NCBI GenBank assembly: GCA_002687025.1
Contig: NYZG01000302.1
Location: 1 to 35,706 of the forward strand
DNA length: 35,706 nucleotides
Direction of reading: 5' to 3'
DNA from: Candidatus Poribacteria bacterium
GTDB taxonomy: Bacteria > Poribacteria > WGA-4E > GCA-2687025
Positions 9,601 through 18,241 of the stretch are shown piece by piece. The notes under the pieces are model-generated. The model made no database searches. It had not been told where the DNA came from and saw only the letters and a list, made by a program, of their open reading frames with translations. Numbering within the stretch: position 1 is the first letter of the stretch; each line of letters begins with the position of its first letter. A program made the position numbers and the translations under genes.

Positions 9601-10599
9601 ATGCCGGAACCCATCACCATTCGGGTAAAGCGGTTCGACCCGGAGACCGACGCCGAGTCGTACTGGCAGGACTACACCTTCGAGCCGCCGTCCGAGGACT
9701 CGACGCTGCTCGACTGCATCAACCACATCAAGTGGTTCATCGATGGCACGCTCACCTACCGTATGTCGTGCCGCAGCGCCATCTGCGGATCGTGCGCCAT
9801 GCGCGTTAACGGCGGGGGCCAGTTGGTCTGCAACTCGCAGTACCGCGACCACCTCGACGCGGACAACACCATCACCGTCGAGCCGGCGGGGAACATGCCG
9901 GTCGTCAAGGACCTGGTCACCGATGCCACCGGGTTCTGGGAGAAGATCCGCGCCGTCGACCCGTACATCAGGTCCGACAGGGAGCGAGAAGCCGAGGGCG
10001 AGCATCTGATGAGCCCCGAGGACTTCTCGAATATCGACGACGCCTCGACCTGCATCATGTGTGGCGCCTGCTACTCCGAGTGCGCGTCGTACGAGATCGA
10101 CAAGAACTTCCTCGGGCCCGCGGCCCTCGCGAAGGCGCAGCGCGTCGTGCACGACACGCGGGACGAGGAGCAGGGGCCGCGCCTGGCGCGGTTGAGCGAG
10201 TATGGCGGCATGTGGGACTGCGCGCACTGCTTCGCCTGTGTGCAGGCGTGCCCGAAGCCGGTCAACCCGCTGTATCGCATCGTCGATCTGAGGAACGAGG
10301 CCCACCGGCGCAACTTTCACGACAACAACGGCTCGCGCCACGCCCGCGGCTTTGTCGACATCATCGAGGAGTCCGGGTGGCTGGATGAAGCCAAGCTGCC
10401 GCTGAAGTCGGTCGGCTCCCTGAAGGAGTTCGTCACGGACCTGCTGCCGATGGGCATTCGCATGGGCGTGAAGAACAAGTTCAGACCCAACCCGATGCAC
10501 CTGCTGCCGGGCCGCCATCATCCGCCCGTGCCAAAGATGAACGAGATCACGAAGATCATCGACAAGACCAAGGCCGCCGATCCCGCGGACAACGAATAG
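9601..10599 (+). CDS. sdhB: Succinate dehydrogenase iron-sulfur subunit (type-E-like, with C-terminal extension)
   Basis: [2Fe-2S] motif '[10 protein letters not shown]...C'; '[11 protein letters not shown]'; the third cluster motif '[12 protein letters not shown]' has four Cys. Confidence 0.95.
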   Translation: MPEPITIRVKRFDPETDAESYWQDYTFEPPSEDSTLLDCINHIKWFIDGTLTYRMSCRSAICGSCAMRVNGGGQLVCNSQYRDHLDADNTITVEPAGNMPVVKDLVTDATGFWEKIRAVDPYIRSDREREAEGEHLMSPEDFSNIDDASTCIMCGACYSECASYEIDKNFLGPAALAKAQRVVHDTRDEEQGPRLARLSEYGGMWDCAHCFACVQACPKPVNPLYRIVDLRNEAHRRNFHDNNGSRHARGFVDIIEESGWLDEAKLPLKSVGSLKEFVTDLLPMGIRMGVKNKFRPNPMHLLPGRHHPPVPKMNEITKIIDKTKAADPADNE

Positions 10600-10607
10600 G
10601 ATGCGTC

Positions 10608-11555
10608 ATGGCAAACGAGACTGACGTCCAAGCGGGCGAACCCGGCAAGCGGTACGCGTTCTACCCAGGCTGCGTGTCGAAGGGCGCGTGCAAGGAGCTG
10701 AAGACATCCACCGAGTTGGTGGCGAAGCATCTCGGCATCCAACTCGACGAGCTGCGTGAGGCCGCGTGCTGCGGCGCCGGCGTGACCGACGACGTGAACC
10801 CCGAGATGACCGACGCGCTCAACGCGCGAACGCTCGCGCTCGCGGAGCAGAAGGGTCTCACGTTGCTGACGCAGTGCAGCACGTGTCAGGGCGTCCTCAA
10901 CAAGCTCAACAAGGAAGTGCAGGAGGACGAGAGGAAGCGCGACCGCCTTAACGAAGTGCTGGCGGACACCGGCTACCAGTACAACGGCACGATCGAGGTC
11001 AAACACCTCCTCTGGGTGCTGGTGGACGACGCGGAATACGGGCTGACGCGCCTGCGCGAACAGGTCAAGCAGCCGTTGGACGGCCTTCGGGTCGCGGCGT
11101 TTTACGGATGCTACCTCGTCCGCCCGTCGGACCTGCTCGGGTTCGATCACCCACATCGGCCGACATCGCTCGATGAACTCGTGACGGCGCTGGGCGGCGA
11201 GCCGGTCGAATACGGCGGCAAGACGAAGTGCTGCGGCTTCCCGATCCAGATGATGAACCCCAAGAACTCCTTCGGCATGGCCGGCACGCATCTTGCCGAC
11301 GCCAGGGACAAGGGCGCGGATACGATGGTTACGCCGTGTCCGCTGTGCCATCTCAACCTGGACGCGCGCCAACCTGACGCGGAAGGCGCGCTGCAGGAGC
11401 TCGGAAAGGGCTCCGGCCGGTTGAGCATGCCGGTGCTGCACGTGCCGCAACTCGTGGCGCTGGCGCTGGGATACGACGCAAGGCAGTTGGGAATGGCCAC
11501 GCACATCGTCTCGACCGACGCCGTCGAGGGCAAAGTGGCCGCCGCGGGAGCTTGA
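10608..11555 (+). CDS. CCG-domain (heterodisulfide reductase subunit B-like) subunit; probable monotopic anchor of a type-E succinate dehydrogenase
   Basis: Two CCG domains: 'FYPGC...CCGAG...CSTC' and 'FYGC...KCCG...CPLC'. Directly follows sdhB, with no hydrophobic sdhC/sdhD in the operon. Confidence 0.9.
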   Translation: MANETDVQAGEPGKRYAFYPGCVSKGACKELKTSTELVAKHLGIQLDELREAACCGAGVTDDVNPEMTDALNARTLALAEQKGLTLLTQCSTCQGVLNKLNKEVQEDERKRDRLNEVLADTGYQYNGTIEVKHLLWVLVDDAEYGLTRLREQVKQPLDGLRVAAFYGCYLVRPSDLLGFDHPHRPTSLDELVTALGGEPVEYGGKTKCCGFPIQMMNPKNSFGMAGTHLADARDKGADTMVTPCPLCHLNLDARQPDAEGALQELGKGSGRLSMPVLHVPQLVALALGYDARQLGMATHIVSTDAVEGKVAAAGA

Positions 11556-11560
11556 TCGCA

Positions 11561-12511
11561 ATGGAAACGCGCAACGTCGTCATCATCGGGGCGGGGCCCT
11601 CGGGCTATGCCGCGGGACTTTACGCGGGCCGCGCACAGCTGGAGCCGCTTCTCATCACCGGTCGCGAGTTGGGTGGGCAGCTAACGCTCACGCTCGACGT
11701 TGAGAACTACCCGGGCTACGGTGGCAAGGACGCCGCCGAGCTCATCGCCACGTTCCAGCGGCAGGCCGAGGAGTTCGGCACGGAAATCCGTGTGGACTAC
11801 GTGACCGACGTGGATTTGGACAGCCACCCGTTCACCGTCAGGATGGAGTCCGGCGCGGAGGCCGCCGCGCAGTCCGTCATCGTCGCGACGGGGTCGACGC
11901 CGCGAATGCTGGGCGTGTCAGGCGAGGAGCTCGTCGGCAAGGGCGTGTCGTATTGCGCGACGTGCGACGGCTTCTTCTTCCGAGAGAAGCGGGTGATCGT
12001 CGTTGGTGGTGGTGACGCGGCTGTCGAGGAGGCGCTGTTCCTGACCCGTTTCGCGAGCGAAGTGTTCATCGTCCATCGACGCGATCAGTTGCGCGCCAGC
12101 CCGACGATACAGGAGCGCGCCTTCAAGAACGACCAGGTGAAGATCATCTGGGATTCCGTGGTGGACGAGATCCTCGGGGACGACGAGGCGGGCGTCCACG
12201 GCGCGCGTCTTCGCAACGTGAAGACGGATGAGGTCACGGACTTCCCCGTTGACGGCGTGTTCATCTTCATCGGCCACGTTCCGAACACATCGCTGTTCGA
12301 AGGGAAGCTGGACCTGGACGAGGAAGGCTACCTGATTACGGACCGGCTGCAGCACACGAGCGTGCCGGGTGTCTTCGCCGGCGGGGATGTGCAGGACCGC
12401 GTCTTCCGCCAGGCGATAATGGCGGCCGCGACGGGCGCCGCCTCCGCTATCGAGGCGGAGAAGTTCCTCGCCGAACACGAGAATCGCGCCTATCCCGGCC
12501 ACTCCCAGTAG
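11561..12511 (+). CDS. trxB: Thioredoxin-disulfide reductase
   Basis: 'IIGAGPSG', 'GGQL...VENYPG', 'GVSYCATCDG', 'VGGGDAA', 'VHRRDQLRA', 'GVFAGGDV'. Alternative TTG start at 11552. Confidence 0.96.
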   Translation: METRNVVIIGAGPSGYAAGLYAGRAQLEPLLITGRELGGQLTLTLDVENYPGYGGKDAAELIATFQRQAEEFGTEIRVDYVTDVDLDSHPFTVRMESGAEAAAQSVIVATGSTPRMLGVSGEELVGKGVSYCATCDGFFFREKRVIVVGGGDAAVEEALFLTRFASEVFIVHRRDQLRASPTIQERAFKNDQVKIIWDSVVDEILGDDEAGVHGARLRNVKTDEVTDFPVDGVFIFIGHVPNTSLFEGKLDLDEEGYLITDRLQHTSVPGVFAGGDVQDRVFRQAIMAAATGAASAIEAEKFLAEHENRAYPGHSQ

Positions 12512-12530
12512 TCACGTGGCGAGCTTGAGC

Positions 12531-12566
12531 TGAGAAGGTCGGCCCCGCGATGGGCCGACCTTCTCA
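12531..12566. terminator. Hairpin between convergent trxB and HEAT genes (probable bidirectional terminator)
   Basis: Perfect 15-bp stem TGAGAAGGTCGGCCC / GGGCCGACCTTCTCA with a 6-nt loop; no clear U-tract. Confidence 0.65.
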
Positions 12567-12592
12567 TGCCAGGATTGGCGCGCCGCCTGCCC

Positions 12593-13849
12593 CTATTCGG
12601 GGATCGCGTTCAGGACGCTGCCTAGCTCGTTCTTGACGTTGTCGTTCACCTCGGCCTCCCACAGGTTGGACAGTTCGACCTGCCGGTCGTAGTCCATCCC
12701 CGCGAGCACTGTCGGCTGTCCCAGCGCCGTCGCCAGCCTCAGCCGCAACCCCCACTCCGGCTCTTCCGCGATGTGCGTCAGCAGGGGGCCCACGGCAAGG
12801 TCGCCGCAAGCCGCGAGCGTCGCGATCGCCTCGGCGGCGAGCTCCGTGTTCGTCGTGCGCCGTAGCAGACGGACGAGCGGGTCCACGGCGGGGCGCTTGT
12901 TCTGCACGTTGCGTAGGCCACGCACCGTGACCATCTGCACGTGCATGTCGGCGTCTTCGAGCGTTCCGAGAAGCGAGACGGTGTCGTTCTGTACCACGTG
13001 CGCCGCGACGCGCGCGCTGGCGCGCACACCGGAGTCTGGGTCGTTCTCGGCGCGGTTTTGCAGCGGCGCGATCGCCTTGTCGTCGCCGAGTGCGCCGAGG
13101 GCGCCGACCGCCGCCAGCCGCACGGCGACATCGTCGGATTCGAGGTCGCTCAGCACCTTGTCCACCGCGATGCCGATGCTGTCGGCGTCGCCGATGAGGC
13201 CGATGGCGGTCGCCGCGGCGGCGCGATACGCGGCGTCTTCGTCCAGCAACCCCTGCAGTGCGGGTATGGCTGCGGCGCCCTGCGTCGCGACCTGCTCCGG
13301 GCTGCCCAGCACGAGGTCCAACCGGATCGCGTCTTCGCCTGTGAGCGCCGCGCCACGCGCCTCGAGTGCCTTCGCCGCTTCCTGACGAGTGGTCGCGTCC
13401 TGAGACAGCGCCGTGGCGAGGGCGGCCGTGGATTCCGGGCTCTGAATGCGACCGAGGAGTTCGACTGCGGAGCGTCGGAACGCCGCGTCGTCGGAGCCGA
13501 CGAGGGTGCCCAACGCCGTGGTCACTTCCGTCTGGTGGATCGGCGTGGGCCAGTTCATGACGCCCTGGACGGCCTTCATGCGGACCTGGTCGTCGGCATC
13601 GGTCAGGGCCTCGCCGAGGGCGACCACAGCGTTGGCGCGGCCCTCATTCGTCAGCCGCGCGCTGGAGGCCTCGGCGAGCACCTGGACAGCTTGCAGGCGT
13701 TCGCTCGCGGAACTCGACTTCAGGCCGTCGATGGCCTGGGCGGTGGGATCCTGCTGACAACCGATGCTCAGCGCCAGGATCGCGAGTATGCAAAGGGGTG
13801 AAGAGATGACGGCTGCCCGGCGTACATAGCGCAACGGTCGTACGCGCAT
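12593..13849 (-). CDS. HEAT-repeat (PBS lyase-like) lipoprotein
   Basis: ATG at 13849 after GAGGAGG; hydrophobic stretch ending in lipobox 'LSIGC'; repeats such as 'DADDQVRMKAV', 'DVAVRLAAVGALGALGDDKAIAPL' and 'DPDSGVRASA'. Confidence 0.88.
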   Translation of the reverse strand: MRVRPLRYVRRAAVISSPLCILAILALSIGCQQDPTAQAIDGLKSSSASERLQAVQVLAEASSARLTNEGRANAVVALGEALTDADDQVRMKAVQGVMNWPTPIHQTEVTTALGTLVGSDDAAFRRSAVELLGRIQSPESTAALATALSQDATTRQEAAKALEARGAALTGEDAIRLDLVLGSPEQVATQGAAAIPALQGLLDEDAAYRAAAATAIGLIGDADSIGIAVDKVLSDLESDDVAVRLAAVGALGALGDDKAIAPLQNRAENDPDSGVRASARVAAHVVQNDTVSLLGTLEDADMHVQMVTVRGLRNVQNKRPAVDPLVRLLRRTTNTELAAEAIATLAACGDLAVGPLLTHIAEEPEWGLRLRLATALGQPTVLAGMDYDRQVELSNLWEAEVNDNVKNELGSVLNAIPE

Positions 13850-13910
13850 GAACCAACCTCCTCGCAAGTGAGTACCGATACGACGACGTGCGGACGGTGG
13901 CGACGCACGG

Positions 13911-13939
13911 AGCATACCCGAGTCTGACATTGCTGTAAA
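13911..13939 (-). promoter_or_regulatory. Sigma70-type promoter of the HEAT-repeat gene
   Basis: Minus strand TTTACA-N17-TATGCT, ~60 nt upstream of the ATG. Confidence 0.6.
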
Positions 13940-14083
13940 TCGCCGTCGGTCCTCGCGGACGCGCGACCCACGCGCGCCATCGACCGTGGCGGGCGTTGGA
14001 CGCGTCGCCGCGCTGATCATGCGACGGTCCACGCACCTGTCGGCGGCCAGCTCGTGACGCTACAATGGCCTGCGGAGGCGCGC

Positions 14084-14659
14084 ATGCGCCACACGCTCAT
14101 CGTCCTGGCCATCGCTGCGGCCGTGGGCTGCGACTACGGAAACCCCGCCGCGTTGGGAATCCTCGATCCCGCGGCCACTGACGATATCGGAGCGCGCCTC
14201 ATCCGATGGCAGGCCAAGGGAGCCATCCCTGAGGCGGATGTCAATGGCGATGGCACGGTGGACATCACCGACCTCGTGATCGTCTCGCAGAACTTCGGCA
14301 GGGATGTCGCCGTCGGAACGCTCATCATCGTGCCCGACATCGTGTGGCGGAACGCCGACGGACATCCACACGGCCGCGTCGAGGTCATCAATGGCGGCGA
14401 TACGCCCGTAGCGGACATGCGCGTGCGGCATATCGTCCGGCATCGCGGGCTGCTCGTGGACATCGGCGACGCGTCGCTTATCACCGCGCTGATACCCACG
14501 CCCGGCAGGGACGTCACCTACATCGCGCCAGGGGAACACGGGACGGGATGGCTCTGGGCCGCGGCTGCCGCGTGGGACGACTTCCAGGCGGGAACCGTCA
14601 CCATCGAAGTCGCCATTATCCGGGATGAGGACAGCACGCGTCCGGGCGCGAGACCGTGA
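14084..14659 (+). CDS. Putative lipoprotein with a dockerin-type Ca-binding repeat
   Basis: GGAGG SD and TACAAT (14061-14066) upstream; signal 'MRHTLIVLAIAAAVGC'; 'ADVNGDGTVDITDLVIVSQNFG'. Confidence 0.75.
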   Translation: MRHTLIVLAIAAAVGCDYGNPAALGILDPAATDDIGARLIRWQAKGAIPEADVNGDGTVDITDLVIVSQNFGRDVAVGTLIIVPDIVWRNADGHPHGRVEVINGGDTPVADMRVRHIVRHRGLLVDIGDASLITALIPTPGRDVTYIAPGEHGTGWLWAAAAAWDDFQAGTVTIEVAIIRDEDSTRPGARP

Positions 14660-14722
14660 ACGCGCCGACAACGGCCTGAGTGGCGGCCGGTCCGCTTCGG
14701 CCGTCGGAGGCCATTGCCAGCG

Positions 14723-16276
14723 CTACGCCAGGGAGTCGCGCAGCGCGGCGATCTGCGGGATGCCGCAAAGCGTGCGGAGCGCGTCGGTCGGCTGGTTCTC
14801 GGGATCAAGCGCGTCCTTGGCCAGCGCAAGCGCCCGCTCAGCGGCTTCAGTGTGCCCGGCGACTCCCAGGACCGGCGCGAGCCGCGCCCGCATCCGCGCG
14901 TGCTGTCCTTTCTCCCGGACGGCGTCGGCCACAGGGGGATGCGCCATGAATTCATCCGCGATGGTTAGCGCGTCGCGTGTCTGGCCGCGGTGTAGGGCCA
15001 CTTCGGTCTTCAGCAGACGGATGCGCTGTCGCAGCAGGGAGCGCTCATCCGCGTCCTCGGCATGGGCCTGCGTGTCGTCCAGCCATCTCTCGACGCCTGT
15101 GAGGTTCTTCCAGGCGTGGTTCCACCGCCCCTGCTGGACCATCATCGCGGCCGACTCGAGGTTGCTCAGCGCCGTCAGACGGTCCTGCGCTTCGGGGGCC
15201 AATTCCGCGGGCGTCACCCTGGCGAGGGTAGACCGTATACGCCCGAGCCACTGACGCGCCTCGTCGCGACTCTCCGTCTGCACGAAGCAGTGCAGCCCGA
15301 GCACCTGCGCCGATATGAGCTGAGCCGTGCGGCTCGAGATGTCCAGAGAGCGCAGTCGCCAGATCCGTACCGCGCTTCTGATCGGATCCAGCGCCGGCTC
15401 GTGCGCCCCGAGATGGCACAGAAGCGTCGCCTGAGCGATGAGGAACTCGGCCTTGATGCCGGCCGGGACGTCCTCGCCGCCCGTGGCGGCCGAGTACATC
15501 TCGACGACGCGATCCGGGCGTCCAACCGTGCGGTACGCGTCCGCTGCATGGCGTGTCGCCGCCGCGAATCGCTCCATGTCGCCGATCCGGCGCGCGCGCG
15601 TCGCCGCCTCCTCGTAGGCAGATGCCGCCGACTCCCAGTCATCGTCCCGCGCATAGCTCGTGGCCAGGGCTTCCGCCGTGATCAAGCGAAGCGCGTCGGG
15701 ATACGCGCCGTCCGTGGGACCGTCGTATCGGCGCGTCAAGGCCTCGAACATAGGCCGCGCCGTCCCGGGGCCATCCACCTGCTCGACGAGCGCCGCGCGA
15801 TAGTGATCTGCCCATCCGCGAGCCTTCGCGGAGAACCGGTAGTCCCCGTTCTCCCGCGCGCTCATTTCGTCCAAGAGGCGCGTGTAGAACTCACGGCCGG
15901 CCTCGGCCCGGCCGTTGTCAATGGGCCCGAACAGGCGACGGATGAACTCGTCCTCGCCGTCTGTTGCGACCGGCGAGTCGTCCTTGTCGAGGTCGGTCTC
16001 GGGGGGTCGTCGGGTCAGGAACGGCAGCGCCGACGGAGTTCTCAGCAGCGCCTGCTTCTGCTCCCGGGACATCGGCTGCGCCAGGAAGTCGATGTACTCG
16101 GCGTCCTCGCCGAAGAAATCAGCGCAACGCCCCTGGAGCTTGCGCGAGGGGTTGCACTTGGCGGCTTCCAGAAGGCTGATGTACTGCGGGGTGACGGAGA
16201 GATGCTGGGCGAGTTCCGTCATGCTCATTCCGAGCGCGGCCCGGCGTGTCGTCAGGAACTCCGCGAACGTCAGCAT
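14723..16276 (-). CDS. XRE-family HTH transcriptional regulator with a TPR-like helical C-terminal region
   Basis: 'FAEFLTTRRAALGMSMTELAQHLSVTPQYISLLEAAKCNPS' (HTH_3-like); TPR-like helices 'LATSYARDDDWESAASAYEEA' and 'AADAYRTVGRPDRVVEMY'; GGGGGAG SD. Confidence 0.82.
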   Translation of the reverse strand: MLTFAEFLTTRRAALGMSMTELAQHLSVTPQYISLLEAAKCNPSRKLQGRCADFFGEDAEYIDFLAQPMSREQKQALLRTPSALPFLTRRPPETDLDKDDSPVATDGEDEFIRRLFGPIDNGRAEAGREFYTRLLDEMSARENGDYRFSAKARGWADHYRAALVEQVDGPGTARPMFEALTRRYDGPTDGAYPDALRLITAEALATSYARDDDWESAASAYEEAATRARRIGDMERFAAATRHAADAYRTVGRPDRVVEMYSAATGGEDVPAGIKAEFLIAQATLLCHLGAHEPALDPIRSAVRIWRLRSLDISSRTAQLISAQVLGLHCFVQTESRDEARQWLGRIRSTLARVTPAELAPEAQDRLTALSNLESAAMMVQQGRWNHAWKNLTGVERWLDDTQAHAEDADERSLLRQRIRLLKTEVALHRGQTRDALTIADEFMAHPPVADAVREKGQHARMRARLAPVLGVAGHTEAAERALALAKDALDPENQPTDALRTLCGIPQIAALRDSLA

Positions 16277-16388
16277 GGCTCCCCCTTCGGTGGACAGCAC
16301 GGCACCGACAACACGCGCGCGCCGGTGTCGTCGTCTCTGCCCTACTGTTCCCTGAAAACGCTGGTGGCCAGGCGGCTTGCCGGGCTGA

Positions 16389-16417
16389 ATATTAGCCGCG
16401 AGACAGCAGGGCGACAA
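16389..16417 (-). promoter_or_regulatory. Sigma70-type promoter of the HTH-TPR gene
   Basis: Minus strand TTGTCG-N17-TAATAT. Confidence 0.55.
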
Positions 16418-16462
16418 GCGATTCTGGCCCTCTGAAGCCCGTGCGAGGCCCAGCATCCTCGC

Positions 16463-17380
16463 CTACTCAACGGCCTTCAGCAGCCTCTCCGCGACAACGG
16501 CCTGACCGCGTCGCGCGGACACCTGAGCGCACTCCGCGAGGTAGACTGCGTTCCGCGCGGCGGCTGCCAGCACCGGAACGGGAGCACGCTCGCGGATAGA
16601 CCGCCACACACCCTCGTAGAATGGGCCGGTCGTCGGCGCAGCCGCCGCCGAGTTGTCCGACAGTGTCGACCGCGCGCCGACAGCCAACATGCGCGGCAGG
16701 GCCAGTGGCGCCGAGGCCGCGGCGACGATCACTGTGATCTCGACGGCCGGCGGAGCCTCGAAGCGACACAGCACGGTCAGTGCATGCGAGGGGCTCCCAT
16801 GCCGAAGGCTGGGCGCGGCCGCGACATCCACGAGTTCGGTCGCGTTGAACAGGAGCGCCGCGTCGAACAGGTCGAACCCCTCGCCAAACGGGCCGTCCTC
16901 CAGCGAGCCCACCGCAGTCGCGAGCTTCACGAGCGCGACATCGCCCAGCTCCCCGCCGTCGATGCGTCTGCGCGCGTGGACCAGCGCATTGTCCCACCGA
17001 CGCACGTGCGCCGCCGTCAGGGCCAACCCCTTGCGTCGGGCGAGTGGGATGAGCTGGTCGCACTGTGCCGCCGACGCGGCCATCGGCGGCTCGACGATCA
17101 CATGGCGACCGGCTTCGAGCGCCTGCCGCGCCGCCTCGAAGCGGCCGGAAACCGGGCCGCCCGTGATGAACACGGCCTCTATCTGTCGATGTGCGAGCAA
17201 GTCGTCGAGGCTTTCATAGGCCGCCGCGCGCAAGCGGGATGCCCAATCCAGCGACGCCGACGGCGAACCGTCGTATGCCGCGACGATCTCGAACCGGTCC
17301 GGTTGCGCCTCCATCGCGGCGCGGTGAGGAGAATTCGCGAACGAACCGGCCCCGATGATACCCAGGCGGATCGGCGTCAT
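16463..17380 (-). CDS. Gfo/Idh/MocA-family oxidoreductase (divergent)
   Basis: 'IRLGIIGAGSFA', 'YESLDDLL...IEAVFI', 'ALEAGRHVIVEPPMA', 'IDGGELG'; AGGAG SD. Confidence 0.85.
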   Translation of the reverse strand: MTPIRLGIIGAGSFANSPHRAAMEAQPDRFEIVAAYDGSPSASLDWASRLRAAAYESLDDLLAHRQIEAVFITGGPVSGRFEAARQALEAGRHVIVEPPMAASAAQCDQLIPLARRKGLALTAAHVRRWDNALVHARRRIDGGELGDVALVKLATAVGSLEDGPFGEGFDLFDAALLFNATELVDVAAAPSLRHGSPSHALTVLCRFEAPPAVEITVIVAAASAPLALPRMLAVGARSTLSDNSAAAAPTTGPFYEGVWRSIRERAPVPVLAAAARNAVYLAECAQVSARRGQAVVAERLLKAVE

Positions 17381-17399
17381 GCGCGTGCGCTCCTACTGC

Positions 17400-17519
17400 C
17401 GGCGCGTGGCGTCCGCGACGACGTACAGACGAGAACGCCGGGCGTGCAGGTGTGTGACAGTCCAGCCTGCGCGCCCGGCGGCATTACGGTGTGTTGTGTA
17501 GTGGGACGCCACGGGGCCG
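17400..17519. other. ~120-nt imperfect rod-like inverted repeat in the trxA / Gfo-Idh-MocA intergenic region (candidate structured RNA)
   Basis: Outer stem 17405-17414/17504-17513 (10/10); inner stem 17436-17450/17466-17480 (14 Watson-Crick plus 1 G-U on the + strand); middle segment 17419-17426/17489-17496 pairs with G-U on the + strand. Confidence 0.5.
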
Positions 17520-17525
17520 CGTCCA

Positions 17526-17855
17526 TCAGCCGGCCAGGACGGTGTCCACCTTCTCGGCCAGCGCGGCCTTCGGGACGTATCCGACCACCTGCTGCGCGAC
17601 TTCGCCATCGTTGAAAATGAGGAGCGTCGGGATGCCCCGCACCTGGTACTTGACGGAGAGACCCGGGTTGTCGTCCACATTCACCTTGACGACCTTGAGC
17701 TTGCCGTCGTACTCGCCGGCCAACTCCTCGACGACGGGAGCCACCATCTTGCACGGCCCGCACCAGGGGGCCCAGAAATCTACCAGCACCGGGGTGTCGC
17801 TCTTGAGCACGTCGGCCTCGAATTGATCTTCGCCCGTCTCCAATACATCAGCCAT
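17526..17855 (-). CDS. trxA: Thioredoxin
   Basis: 'PVLVDFWAPWCGPCKMVAP', 'VRGIPTLLIF'; GAGGAG SD. Confidence 0.97.
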   Translation of the reverse strand: MADVLETGEDQFEADVLKSDTPVLVDFWAPWCGPCKMVAPVVEELAGEYDGKLKVVKVNVDDNPGLSVKYQVRGIPTLLIFNDGEVAQQVVGYVPKAALAEKVDTVLAG

Positions 17856-18035
17856 CTTCGTGACTCCTCTACTGCGACGGCTACTCCGCCGCTCGGTGTT
17901 CGTACCCCGGTCCCGCAAGATGCGCGCCACGCGGCCTGCCAGCCCGTCGCGGGTCGCATCCACCCTTAAGAATGAACGATACGGCGACCGCTTGTCGAGC
18001 GTTTCTCGCGGCCGGCCCGCCGGTGCGACTTTCGT

Positions 18036-18065
18036 TTGACCGGCCGAACGGCGCTTGGCTAGGAT
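18036..18065 (+). promoter_or_regulatory. Sigma70-type promoter of tRNA-Glu
   Basis: TTGACC-N18-TAGGAT, ~27 nt upstream of the tRNA. Confidence 0.5.
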
Positions 18066-18092
18066 ATAAGGGTTCTGCGACGAGAACAGGGT

Positions 18093-18170
18093 GACCCCTT
18101 CGTCTAGTCTGGCCTAGGACACCAGCCTTTCACGCTGGCGACACGGGTTCAAATCCCGTAGGGGTCACCA
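18093..18170 (+). tRNA. tRNA-Glu (anticodon UUC)
   Basis: Acceptor stem GACCCCT/AGGGGTC followed by A-CCA; anticodon arm CCAGC-CTTTCAC-GCTGG; T-arm ACGGG-TTCAAAT-CCCGT. Confidence 0.97.
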
Positions 18171-18241
18171 TCTCCCTTCCCATAGACCGCCGCTCCTCTG
18201 CCAAAACGACACGCGACGCCTCGGATCGGCACGCTCGTCGC

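Noticed and set aside
10608-11555. Methanogen-type heterodisulfide reductase
   Set aside because: No hdrA or hdrC nearby; its position after sdhAB and the SdhB Cys pattern fit a type-E SDH subunit.
17400-17519. SRP (4.5S) RNA or a confident 6S RNA call
   Set aside because: The SRP helix-8 CAGG-GNRA-AGCA motif is absent, and it is short for 6S without recognisable conserved segments.
18093-18241. tRNA-Glu as an integration site for an island or prophage
   Set aside because: No integrase, no duplicated tRNA 3' end noticed in the window, and the flanking genes are metabolic.
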